Part shown: in pieces, positions 52,675 through 62,520 of the stretch | How the letters are laid out: each line of letters starts with the position of its first letter | How positions within the stretch are numbered: the stretch's first letter is position 1 | DNA from: Microcoleus sp. | GTDB lineage: Bacteria; Cyanobacteriota; Cyanobacteriia; Cyanobacteriales; Microcoleaceae | Assembly (NCBI GenBank): GCA_042408215.1 | Contig: JAYFMW010000001.1 | Coordinates: 59,627-123,626, forward strand | Direction: 5' to 3' | DNA: 64,000 nt | Program-made: the position numbers and the translations under genes | The notes under the pieces: model-generated | Databases searched by the model: none | The model's input: the letters and a program-made list of their open reading frames with translations, nothing else | Told to the model about the DNA's origin: nothing

Positions 52675-53105
52675 GTCAGTAACTCATGTCTAAAGACGCT
52701 GAGCTTGTAAGAGTAATCGAAGCAAGCTGTACTGACCAGCCTCAGACTTTCGAGGTCTACGTTTTTTGAGTCACGACACCTTGGGATGCGTAGCTAGTCC
52801 CCTGCTCTGTCATCTGTAATTAAACAGTTCTAAAGTCACTGGAACAGTGTTGCAGGTCTAACAAGCTCTTAAAACATTGGCGAAGCTAACATTACCCCAT
52901 ACATGGGAGGCTCGTCGATCGAGCAAACCATTACGCGATCGCGGGTTGTGAAATTTGAAATGGTAATTGTCCCATTGAAAGTGCATTACAAAAGCACACC
53001 GAATTGAACAATCCCCCTGTAATGGACAGGGGGATTTCAATCCCCCTTGTCGTTTCCCACGAGCGGGCCGGGGCCGCTGAGTTTCCCACTTACCGAGTTT
53101 TTCTG
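52675..53105 (+). ncRNA. HEARO / IscB-type omegaRNA element lacking iscB (copy 2)
   Basis: GTCAGTAACTCATGTCTAAAGACGCTGAG 5' hairpin; same scaffold motifs as 31364..31824; shared end GCTGAGTTTCCCACTTACCGAG; followed by ATGA. Confidence 0.85.
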
Positions 53106-53393
53106 ATGATCAAACTGCGATTGAAACGATACGGCAAAAAACGCGAGGCCAGCTACCGCATTGTAGCGATGAACAGTTCCACCCGCCGCGATGGCCGTCC
53201 TCTAGAAGAGCTCGGCTTTTACAACCCCAGAAATAACGAAACGAGGCTGGATGTTCCAGCGATTGTCAAGCGCCTGCAACAAGGTGCTCAGCCAACAGAC
53301 ACTGTGCGTGACATCCTTAGAAAAGCCAATGTATTTGAACAAGTCGGAGCCGGAGCCAACCTTGAATCCAGCAACTCAGCAACAGTCGCCTAG
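53106..53393 (+). CDS. rpsP: 30S ribosomal protein S16
   Basis: [34 protein letters not shown]. Confidence 0.97.
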   Translation: MIKLRLKRYGKKREASYRIVAMNSSTRRDGRPLEELGFYNPRNNETRLDVPAIVKRLQQGAQPTDTVRDILRKANVFEQVGAGANLESSNSATVA

Positions 53394-53829
53394 CCCCAAC
53401 TACGCAGGACTGGTGCAGTTTTTAATTGGGCCTTTTTTAGAGTCGCCCGCGTCTTTGCGGGTTGATTGTGAATTGCACCCGCGACAGTCGCGGGTCTGGG
53501 TTCGGCTCGCTTTTGACGATCCGGACAAAGGACGGGTGTACGGTAGGGGTGGACGCAATATTCAGGCAATTAGAACTACCCTCGAAGCGGTGGCGCAGAC
53601 TGCTGGTCAGTCCCTCTACTTAGACATCTATGATGGCGAAGCAGGTGAGATGCGCTCACCCGCACCCAGGGGCGATCGCCCCGATCGTGGTACGCGCGAT
53701 CGAGGCGACTTCCGACCCCGAACTTCCGCACCCCCACCCACGACCTTAGCTAGCAGACCTCCGAGAGAGCAACCTCGCCGTACTAACACACCAACGTTTA
53801 GAACCAGTAGAAATACTCCCGGCTATTAA
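53329..53829 (+). CDS. KH domain RNA-binding protein (KhpA-like)
   Basis: [17 protein letters not shown]; rpsP-KH-phoH synteny. Confidence 0.88.
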   Translation: MYLNKSEPEPTLNPATQQQSPSPNYAGLVQFLIGPFLESPASLRVDCELHPRQSRVWVRLAFDDPDKGRVYGRGGRNIQAIRTTLEAVAQTAGQSLYLDIYDGEAGEMRSPAPRGDRPDRGTRDRGDFRPRTSAPPPTTLASRPPREQPRRTNTPTFRTSRNTPGY

Positions 53830-54339
53830 CTGTTCTGCTACCCAAAAATTTTAGATTTTAGATGACCTGTTGTAGACTTTTTGTTACAAGCCCCGTGTGA
53901 TTTTAGATTGTCGATTGTTCGATGGGACAAAAATCTCAAATATAAAATCTCACTTGGATGAGGTCAATCTAAAATCTAAAATCTCAACTCTCAACTCTAA
54001 AATCTCAACTCTAAAGTTGCCTGACTTGATAGAAAGGAGACTTAATTTGTACCTGAAGCACCAAACTCATTTGGGAGCTAAATCTAAAAGACGCCTTAGA
54101 TACTAGGTAAAAGCTAGTACCGGGCATCTTTTTTGTTGGGAAGATGTTGCTGATTTAACAGTTAATTGTGAACTTTTAATATCGTTTCCGGTTGCATCAG
54201 AATGATACCGAGTGACAAGACAGTCGTGTCCCTACCCCATTAATTGTAGGGAAAAGGCACTGCCTTGTCCTCCGTTGATATCATTCCGATGAAGAGAGGA
54301 TTTAATATAAGTGCTGATTTAGGGAGATATTATGTTGGC

Positions 54340-54840
54340 TTGACATCCTCCCCGCGCTCTCTGCGACGGGGATTCCTAAGCCTTACAACTTAGGTTTCTG
54401 TTTCATAGCAGAAGCCTTAATAGCAATTTAATGGGTCGTTGCATAGATCTCGATCCCCCTCGCATCCCCCTAAATAAGGGAGTAGGGTGTGAGTAGGGGT
54501 TGACGAAAGAGCAGAATCTTGTTCCCCCCTGATTAAGGGGGGTTAGGGGGGATCAGATTCTATGCAGCCTCATAAAAAACTGGTATAACAGATTTACTCT
54601 GTTCTGTTTTTCGTACCATGCTTGAGTTCTGATCTGGAGAGCTTTGTTGTAAACTAATCTTACACAGCCCAATGTGCGTCGCAATAGCGACTCTTGTTCG
54701 GGTGTTGGGTAAAATCGGTAACGGTGGGCTTTTTCCATCTTCACATTCTCGGTTGCTAATTGTGAAACTGTCAATCCCATATAAAGCCGTCCTTCTAGGA
54801 CGGGGTTTCAACCCTGGGCTTCGCTCCGCCCATTTTTCTG
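54340..54840 (-). mobile_element. Deleted IS200/IS605 tnpB element (LE, 5' tnpB fragment, inserted palindromic repeat, RE)
   Basis: TCAT|CAGAAAAATGGG..AAACCCCGTCCTAGAAGGACGG LE; MEKAHRYRFYPTPEQ..GCVRLVYN fragment from 54738; RE GGAATCCCCGTCGC..GCGGGGAGGATGTCAA. Confidence 0.85.
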
Positions 54841-55794
54841 ATGACTGAAACACTGACAATAGAGTTGCCGAACACTCAAAGCGCCATGTCCCTCGCAGGC
54901 CATCAAGAAGAAAATCTGAAAATGATCTCTAAGCAAACCGGCGCAAATTTGGTAATGCGAGGCCAAGAACTGCTGATTTCAGGCACAAAAAATCAAGTAG
55001 AATTGTGTCATAAATTAGTGCGATCGCTCTCCGAATTCTGGAAAGCCGGCAAAACTATTACCGGAGTGGAAATCCAGACGGCGCGCCACGCTTTGGATAC
55101 CAACCGCCAAGACGATTTGCAAGATTTGCAGCGAGACGTTCTCGCCAAAACCCGCCGCGGCGAAGAAATCAGAGCCAAAACATTCAAGCAGCGACAGTAC
55201 GTCCAAGCTGTACGCACCCACGACCTAACTTTTTGCATAGGGCCAGCCGGTACTGGTAAGACGTTTCTAGCAGCTATTATCGCCGTCCAAGCACTGTTGA
55301 GCAAGCAGTACGAAAGGCTAATTTTAACGCGACCGGCTGTAGAAGCAGGGGAAAAATTAGGATTTTTGCCTGGAGATTTGCAGCAAAAAGTCGATCCATA
55401 TTTGCGCCCGCTTTACGACGCCCTCCAGGAAATGATGGACTCGGAAAAAATGGCCGACTTAATGGAAAGAGGGCTCATAGAAGTAGCTCCTTTAGCTTAT
55501 ATGCGGGGGCGCACTCTCAGTAATGCTTTCGTAATTTTGGACGAAGCTCAAAATACGACGCCAGCTCAAATGAAAATGGTGTTGACTCGTCTGGGTTTTC
55601 GATCGAGAATGGTAGTGACTGGCGATATCACTCAAACGGATTTACCGCCGAACCAACCATCGGGATTAGCAGTTGCACAAAAAATTCTGCGCCACGTTGA
55701 GGGGATTGCTTTCTGCGAATTCTCTCAGGCGGATGTGGTGCGACACCCGCTAGTACAGCGGATTGTTGCTGCTTACGAACTGCATGAACAATAG
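54841..55794 (+). CDS. phoH: PhoH family ATPase
   Basis: GPAGTGKT, LTRPAVEAGEKLGFLPG, YMRGRTL, DEAQN, VVRHPLV. Confidence 0.95.
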   Translation: MTETLTIELPNTQSAMSLAGHQEENLKMISKQTGANLVMRGQELLISGTKNQVELCHKLVRSLSEFWKAGKTITGVEIQTARHALDTNRQDDLQDLQRDVLAKTRRGEEIRAKTFKQRQYVQAVRTHDLTFCIGPAGTGKTFLAAIIAVQALLSKQYERLILTRPAVEAGEKLGFLPGDLQQKVDPYLRPLYDALQEMMDSEKMADLMERGLIEVAPLAYMRGRTLSNAFVILDEAQNTTPAQMKMVLTRLGFRSRMVVTGDITQTDLPPNQPSGLAVAQKILRHVEGIAFCEFSQADVVRHPLVQRIVAAYELHEQ

Positions 55795-55983
55795 TCAGTA
55801 GTCAGCAGTCAGTAGTCATTAGTCATTAGTCAGTAGTCAGTAGTCATTAGTCAGTAGTCATTAGTCATTAGTCATTAGTTATTGGTTATTTGTTGATCGT
55901 TAGTTGTTCGTGATAATAACCAATGCCCAATGCCCAATTCCCAATGCCCAATGCCCAATTCCCAATTCCCAAATTACGAAATT

Positions 55984-56388
55984 ATGCCTAACCTGAAAGA
56001 ATTCTTAGAAGCTTGCGAAAAATTAGGAACGCTGCGTTTAATTGTAACTAGCAGCGCCGCTGTCCTGGAAGTGCGCGGTTCAATTCACAAGCTGTTTTAT
56101 GCGGAATTGCCGAAAGGTAAATATGCAAATATGCACGCAGAAATATTTGAATTTCACCTGAATATGGACAAAATAAAACAGGTTAAGTTCGAGACGGGTG
56201 AGGCAAAAAGAGGCAATTTTACTACTTATGCAATTCGTTTTTTGGATGAGCAAAATGAGCCTGCTCTGAGTGCATTTTTACAGTGGGGAAAACCGGGTGA
56301 ATATGAACCGGGACAGGTGGAAAATTGGCACGAATTGAAGGAGAAATACGGGGAGGTTTGGGAACCCGCACCTGTTGAGGAGATTTAA
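55984..56388 (+). CDS. ChuX/HutX-like heme utilisation carrier protein
   Basis: LGTLRLIVTSSAAVLE, FEFHLN, FLQWG; the ORF-track N-terminal extension is translated STRR. Confidence 0.7.
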   Translation: MPNLKEFLEACEKLGTLRLIVTSSAAVLEVRGSIHKLFYAELPKGKYANMHAEIFEFHLNMDKIKQVKFETGEAKRGNFTTYAIRFLDEQNEPALSAFLQWGKPGEYEPGQVENWHELKEKYGEVWEPAPVEEI

Positions 56389-56411
56389 AGCTATTTTTTT
56401 TGAGGGCTGGA

Positions 56412-56740
56412 TACAGCAGATTCCACGTTTATGAAGTACACCCCAGATCCCCCTAGGGACACTCCACCGTGCCTATTGGTGTCAACTTAAGACTGAAACC
56501 CTTGATAAATATCGGTTTTACCTAAGTCTAGATCCCCCTAAATCCCCCTTAAGAAGGGGGACTTAAAGAGGCTTCCTGTCCCACACCCCCTACTCCCCTA
56601 CTCCCCTTATTAAGGGGGGTTAGGGGGGATCTGGGCCTAATCGTCAAACAGCATTCTGTGACTGGGTTAGAAGTTAAGTTGACACCAATGGGCACGCTTG
56701 AGTGTCCCTACTACACTTCATAAACCTGGAATACGCTGTA
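56412..56740. repeat. Composite palindromic MITE-like element
   Basis: TACAGCAGATTCC..TTATGAAGT / ACTTCATAAAC..GGAAT..GCTGTA outer IR; TAGGGACACTC, TGGTGTCAACTTAA and CCCCCTTAAG inner IRs. Confidence 0.72.
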
Positions 56741-57039
56741 TCAGCGGTTCAGAACCCCGACTTCTCCAATAATTCGGGGATCTGGATTATTTTTGCTTCA
56801 GATTATGTCCGGTCAATTACCGTTAATAAAAATGCCTGTTCAACCTGAAGATAATATTAGTTTAACGTTCAATTAAGTAGCTGGACATATATATTGTGTG
56901 TCATTGCGAGGTAGGAAGCAATCGCAAAGGATTGGGATTGCGCGTACCTCGCAATGACATGATGGCGTTTATTTATGTCCAGCTACTTATATATCTAAAC
57001 AAGCTAAGAAAATTGTAGCAGAATTATCAAAACATCAGG

Positions 57040-57150
57040 ACATTGAAAATTCCAGATCGAAAGCTATCGAAGCGGAATTCGAGCCGCTGACTCTTGAAAA
57101 TATTTAGGGTTATTTTACCTATTACTGTTAGTGTACCTGCATAGACTAGG
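57040..57150 (+). pseudogene. Decayed IS630-family transposase 3' end
   Basis: KAIEAEFEPLTLENI*GYFTYYC*CTCID* resembles cyanobacterial IS630 C-termini (WFTHCCYCTS). Confidence 0.45.
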
Positions 57151-57753
57151 ACAGTTCATAGTCGATCGAGCTAGTTAATAAATATTAACAAAATTTCAGC
57201 TTGGTAAAGCTTAGAATTTTTGACAACTCAGAGCTCCTAGTTCTAGCTATTGTCAGCTCGCAGGTAATTTCTGATACCGAGGCTTGAATTCTCGGAGATT
57301 CCTTGTCCACCGCCACGGTGAGCGACTGTCTCGCGACTGTGCTGACAATTGACTGTTTGAGGGAATGTTAGTCGCCCAAAGCCAGACGAGAGAGTCACAA
57401 AACCGTGAAAGGCACAAATCTTATTAAGTAGCGATCGCTACTTGAAATGTTGTGTCAGCTATGATACTCTCAAAAAACTAAATATGGGTTTTGAGAGTGG
57501 TGATTGAATTGCGAACAATTCAAATAAAAATCGCCTTAATAGATGATGGCAATTACCAGGAATCTCAACCCAAAGGTTACTGCGATGACAAATTAGTCGA
57601 TCGCGCCGAAAAACGGAAATCTAAAATGAGAGGCGATCGGGCAAAGCGGTTAGTTGTTGACCGCTGCATCAAACATCAAATGAGCCCGGTTTTTCGTTGA
57701 GGTTAGAGAGAGTGGCTGAATTAAAGAAATGTCAAATCAGGGAAAATATTTTC

Positions 57754-59913
57754 ATGACAAACAATAAAATGTTACCGAAGAGAGTCCGTGCAATTTTTTT
57801 CATCGGAGTTGTTAGTTGTTTCGCACTCTGGGGAATGCCAGGGCGATCGCAACCAGCCGACGAAGCCACAGCCTCAGAGGAAGCCACAGCCTCACCTAAA
57901 GCTGAGAAAATTGAGCCTCCACCAAACGCAGATCCCAAAGCAGCAGTTACGACTAAAGATCCTGAAATTCCAGTTGAGGAATTGCAACTGCTAGTCAAAC
58001 CGCTCGCCCTGGATGAACTCGCAAACGAAGCCGCAGCATGGCAATTGTTGCTCAAAAACAAAGTCAAAGAAATTAGCGATGCCGAAATCGCCATCAAGCG
58101 TCAAAATCGCTCCATCAACAAACAACAAGAAGTTGCAAGTTCCCTAGAGGAAGCTAAGAAAGCACTAGAAGAAAGCGACAAAGCTCTCAAAAGCGCCGCC
58201 CCAGACTCAGCAGAATATAAGGAAGCCACTAAAAAGGCAGAAGAAGCTAAAGAACAACTCAAAAAAGCCCAGGAAGGGCTGAAAGAAGCAACTCAAACCA
58301 AAAAGGAACTTAAACAGGACGATACCCTAAACAATGCCTTGAAAAAAGCCGAGCAAACAGGCGAAGTAGATCAGGCCAAACAAACCCTCGACGAAGCGAA
58401 AAAAGAGCGAGAGAAAATAGCTCCAGACTCGGCGGCGTATACTGCGGCTACTGAAAAAATTGACGCCCTAGACAAGGCGATCAAAGCCGGTGAGGACGCA
58501 GAAAAAGCCCAAAAAGCTATTGCCGATCCCAAATCTCCGGAATACCAGGAAGCCACCCAAAAATTAGAAGAGGCTACCGCACAAGTCAAAAAAGCGCGGG
58601 AAGCGATTAGCGGAACTACTACCACTGGTGGTACAGGCGCTGCGGAAAAATCTGCTCAGAAACTCGATGAAGCCACAAGCACCCTTGAAAACACGACAAT
58701 CAAGACAGGCGGTGAAACACCAACTGCGGGTTCGTCTGCTGCTGCTAACAGTCAAGCAAACCAAGACAAAAAAGGGCAGCAGCTTGAAAAAACGTCAGAC
58801 AAGTTGCAAGCGAATGCTAAAGATGAATCAGTATTGAAGAACCAATTGGTGGTCAATGCTACCAATCTCCAGTCTGGGCGAACAGCAGTTGTAGACCGCT
58901 TCAACGTGATTTTAGAAGAATTAGACCGCAAAGGTGGGGAATCCAAATATTACCGCAAATACATTGAAGCTATCACTAAAGCCGAAATTGATGTGAAGGA
59001 TACTGAAGGTCTAGGCGTCAGAGTCCTCAGTTGGTTGAAATCAGATGAAGGTGGTTTGCGTTGGGTCAGTAATATCGGTAAATTTGTCGGTATTGTCTTG
59101 GCTTCCGCGATCGTTTCTCAAATAGTGGGCTTCGTGATTAGCAAGCTGCTGAAACTTTCTAATACCTCCAAATTGATGCGCCAATTTACCGTTGTTGTCA
59201 TCAATCGAGGGGGAATTGTAGTTGGCGTACTCTTAGCTTTGACAGCACTAGAGGTTAGTCTCGCGCCTGTTTTGACTGTACTTGGGGGTGCGAGTTTTAT
59301 CTTTGCCTTTGCTTTGCAAAGCAACCTCGGTAACTTTGCTAGCGGGTTGATGATCATGGTTTACAAACCCTTTGATGTCGGTGATGAAGTGAAAATCGGC
59401 TCCCTATGGGGATGGGTAGATTCCATCAGTTTAGCCAATACCAAAATCAAAGGATTTGGGGGTCAGATGTTTACTATTCCCAACAACACAGTTTGGGGTG
59501 ATACCATCGAAAACCTCACCACCAGTGACACTCGCAAAGTTAAATTTAGCTTTCGGATTAGCTTCGATCAAGATGTGACAAATATAGAGAAAGTGCTCGT
59601 AGACATTTTCAAATCCCACCCGAAAATTTTGGAAGAGCCAGCGCCTTCAACTTTTGTGTTTGACCTAGAAGACGAATACATTAATCTGATTGCTAGCGGC
59701 TGGGCAAAAACTGACGAATTTTGGAAAGTATCAGCCGATATTCTCCGCACAATCCAAACCAGGTTTGAGCAAGAAGGGATTAAACTCGGGGCGCCCCCAC
59801 AAGATATTCGGATTCTCCCTGAAAGTGGTGAGAATAATTCTCTAACTCTCGATCTAGAATTCGCTCAAAAACAATTGCTACAGCCAGAAACTGCAAAGCC
59901 AGCGATCAAATAA
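57754..59913 (+). CDS. MscS family mechanosensitive channel with large coiled-coil periplasmic domain
   Basis: FALQSNLGNFASGLMI..KPFDVGD, IPNNTVW; signal peptide and A/E/K-rich helices. Confidence 0.9.
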   Translation: MTNNKMLPKRVRAIFFIGVVSCFALWGMPGRSQPADEATASEEATASPKAEKIEPPPNADPKAAVTTKDPEIPVEELQLLVKPLALDELANEAAAWQLLLKNKVKEISDAEIAIKRQNRSINKQQEVASSLEEAKKALEESDKALKSAAPDSAEYKEATKKAEEAKEQLKKAQEGLKEATQTKKELKQDDTLNNALKKAEQTGEVDQAKQTLDEAKKEREKIAPDSAAYTAATEKIDALDKAIKAGEDAEKAQKAIADPKSPEYQEATQKLEEATAQVKKAREAISGTTTTGGTGAAEKSAQKLDEATSTLENTTIKTGGETPTAGSSAAANSQANQDKKGQQLEKTSDKLQANAKDESVLKNQLVVNATNLQSGRTAVVDRFNVILEELDRKGGESKYYRKYIEAITKAEIDVKDTEGLGVRVLSWLKSDEGGLRWVSNIGKFVGIVLASAIVSQIVGFVISKLLKLSNTSKLMRQFTVVVINRGGIVVGVLLALTALEVSLAPVLTVLGGASFIFAFALQSNLGNFASGLMIMVYKPFDVGDEVKIGSLWGWVDSISLANTKIKGFGGQMFTIPNNTVWGDTIENLTTSDTRKVKFSFRISFDQDVTNIEKVLVDIFKSHPKILEEPAPSTFVFDLEDEYINLIASGWAKTDEFWKVSADILRTIQTRFEQEGIKLGAPPQDIRILPESGENNSLTLDLEFAQKQLLQPETAKPAIK

Positions 59914-60298
59914 GTGACGAATTAACTCAGAGCACTTTTTCTAGGAAAAACCATGCAGATTGCTGGGAAAGCAAGTTATAGCCGTCGCCAAGGCGAAGAA
60001 GGTCATCGCTCAGGGAGCGGAGTCGAAGGGAGCAATGTTCTTAAATGCCCTAACAACCTTGGTGGTTGCTATAACTATAAGGAGTCTACAATCTGTTTCA
60101 TTTTCTGTTGTGATTTAATAATACCAAATCCGAGTTTGCCACCCTTTTTATGATTCGGCGGTTGAAACCGCTACTACACAAACGAAGTCTGCCGGAGCAG
60201 ACTAAGGGATAAAGGAGGTGTTTAAGCCGGATTTGGCATTTTCCTAATGCTTGGAATGGGTGGCAAAATTTCTGCCTGCTGATTCAGCAAAACCCTAA

Positions 60299-60868
60299 TT
60301 ATACCGACGCAACCAGCAAACCACATTGAGTCGAAATAATCGTTAAATTGAGGGCAATTGAGGGAAACCAATCCAGAAAATCGGCAAGTTCCTGCTTCCG
60401 ATCTTCCACATTATCAGCAACCAGAAGTATCTGCTGACCACCACAGCTTTCAATAATAGCAGAAACATCGTCTTTATAAGGCCGTTTCGCGTGATCGATA
60501 AACACAAAATCTGGCACAGGAATCTCCAGGGGGATTTTGGAAATTGCCTCAGAAGAAGGACACACCCACTGTTTAATTCGATGGGAAATTCCCGCTAATT
60601 CAAAGTGTTTCTTAGCTTCCTCGGCCACAGCACTATCAAACTCGACAGTATGAATGATAGTTTCGCTATTTCCCAATGCTAGATAACAAGTAGAAAGACC
60701 ATAACCAGTGCCTAATTCAAGGACAGTCTTGGGTTGGGATGCCATCACAAGTGCTTGCAAAATTGGGCCGGTGTCTTTGCGAATAGGATTTCGCCAAGCA
60801 CTTTCCCCGTACTGTTCGCCACCAAGGACACTGATTTTCTCAATTACTGCTAAAACTTGTTGGTTCAT
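60299..60868 (-). CDS. Class I SAM-dependent O-methyltransferase
   Basis: VLELGTGYGLST, DFVFIDHAK, LVADNV. Confidence 0.85.
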   Translation of the reverse strand: MNQQVLAVIEKISVLGGEQYGESAWRNPIRKDTGPILQALVMASQPKTVLELGTGYGLSTCYLALGNSETIIHTVEFDSAVAEEAKKHFELAGISHRIKQWVCPSSEAISKIPLEIPVPDFVFIDHAKRPYKDDVSAIIESCGGQQILLVADNVEDRKQELADFLDWFPSIALNLTIISTQCGLLVASV

Positions 60869-60894
60869 CAGAAACTCTTGATAGGTTATTTAAG

Positions 60895-62520
60895 TTAAAA
60901 AGAGAAGGTTGTTCTCACTACTCCCACAACAACATCCGGGTTGCGATCGTCATGGTTGGGGGCGGTCAACCAGATTATACCAGGGGTAATAGTGATATTG
61001 TCGGTCAGTAGATGGGTGTAAAAGGCTTCGATGTGAAATCCCGTGTCGCGATCGCGGCGTTGTCCTGCGGGTAAACCAATCGCTTGAGCGATCGCCCCAT
61101 TGCTCGTATTGGTCAGCCGGGGCTGCACCCCAAAAACAATACCAGCTAAGTTACCTTTTTTACCTATGTCATAAAAAGCCATAGAAAAACGATAGTCCAA
61201 CACATTAGCATCTCCCTTAGTACCATTGCCCAAGGCACGAGCATTAATCAAACCAACAGAACCACTTAACCCCAAAGTCGGGGAGACTCGATAGGAGATT
61301 CCAGGAAGATATGCGTTACCGACAACGGGCCCAGCCCCCACAACTTTGGCAGCGTTACTACCACTCGCCGTATCAGCCCCAAATTGAGGAGAGTAGAAGT
61401 GGATATAATTTAAAGCAAGATTGAGCGCCCCGAAAGTGAAGATCGTTCGTACAGAACCACTGTAGCCACCACTGAAGAGACCTACAGTCGGGTCGTTTGT
61501 CCGGGATTCGCTGCCGGCCGAGAAATCGACGTTCAACCACGGAGTTGCTTTCCACTGTACGCCAATCCCTGTTTGCTGACCGGTGGGGTACAGGATCGGG
61601 TTCATTGAACCAAAGTACGATATAGATCCTGTTGTAGGGCTGGAAAATGGACTCAGGGGTGCTGAAAGTATCCGATCGCTAGAAAAGGCATTTAGAAAAA
61701 CCTGTAGTTTGTCACCCACCGGGAAACTGTATTGCAAAGCGTTGAGCTTAAAACTTCCATCCCCAGATGTGTTAGTGGCAGAAAAAAGCGTTTCATCAGT
61801 TGCACCCCTCAAACGGCTTTGCGGAAATTCGGTAGCAGCGTCAAGCCGTCTTAAATTTGTGGCTTCCAGTCCGACTAACAAGTTATCTTTACCCGTGAAG
61901 CTGGTATTTAAGTTGAGTCGGACTCTATAGCCGAATGCAGTATTATTCGCTCGATCGGCATTTTTACCAAAAGCATCTCCCAGATAAGTCAACACCTGAC
62001 CGCTCAGCTTTGTGGTTGTGGAGAATTGGTTGGCTTCGAGTTCAGCCGATCGAGCTTCCAGGGTATCTACGCGCCCCCGCAGAGTCGCCAATTCCGCTGC
62101 AAATTCTTCTTGCAGCCGTTGGACGATACCCAAGTCTTCTTTGGTAGCTAAAGTTGATCGTCCCTGTGGTAATTAGTTCCCTCACCTTATCCAAGCAAGC
62201 GTTTAAACCGGCTGCAAATTCGTAGCGAGTCATAGCCCGGTTGCCGCGAAATGTGCCGTCGGGATATCCCGCGATACAACCGTACCGTTCGACTAGAGAT
62301 TGTAATGCTTGAAATGCCCAATCCGTTGGCCGCACGTCGGATAGCTGGGAGACTGAGGTCACTTGGTCGATCGATGTGTTGTCCTCTGATGTTTTTTTGT
62401 CAAAGAGGGGGTTGACGGTTTTTCCCCTTGCTGGCAATATGTGATCAAAGAGTGAGGTATCCTGTTGTGGAAGTTCTGCTGTTTGTCCAGAGATAGGAAT
62501 TACCTGTTCCGTCAATGTGT
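60895..62520 (-). pseudogene. SLH/OprB cyanobacterial porin (iron uptake porin family), frameshifted near 62150 and lacking its start
   Basis: DQVTSVSQLSDVRPTDWAFQALQSLVERYGC SLH, NQFSTTTKL, ITPGIIW, RTTFSF C-terminus; split over two frames. Confidence 0.85.

Noticed and set aside
53004..53105. N-terminal extension of S16 in the ORF track
   Set aside because: Derived from the inserted element; canonical start is MIKLRL at 53106
57200..57750. Possible ncRNA or small ORF upstream of mscS
   Set aside because: No motif or convincing structure that I can support
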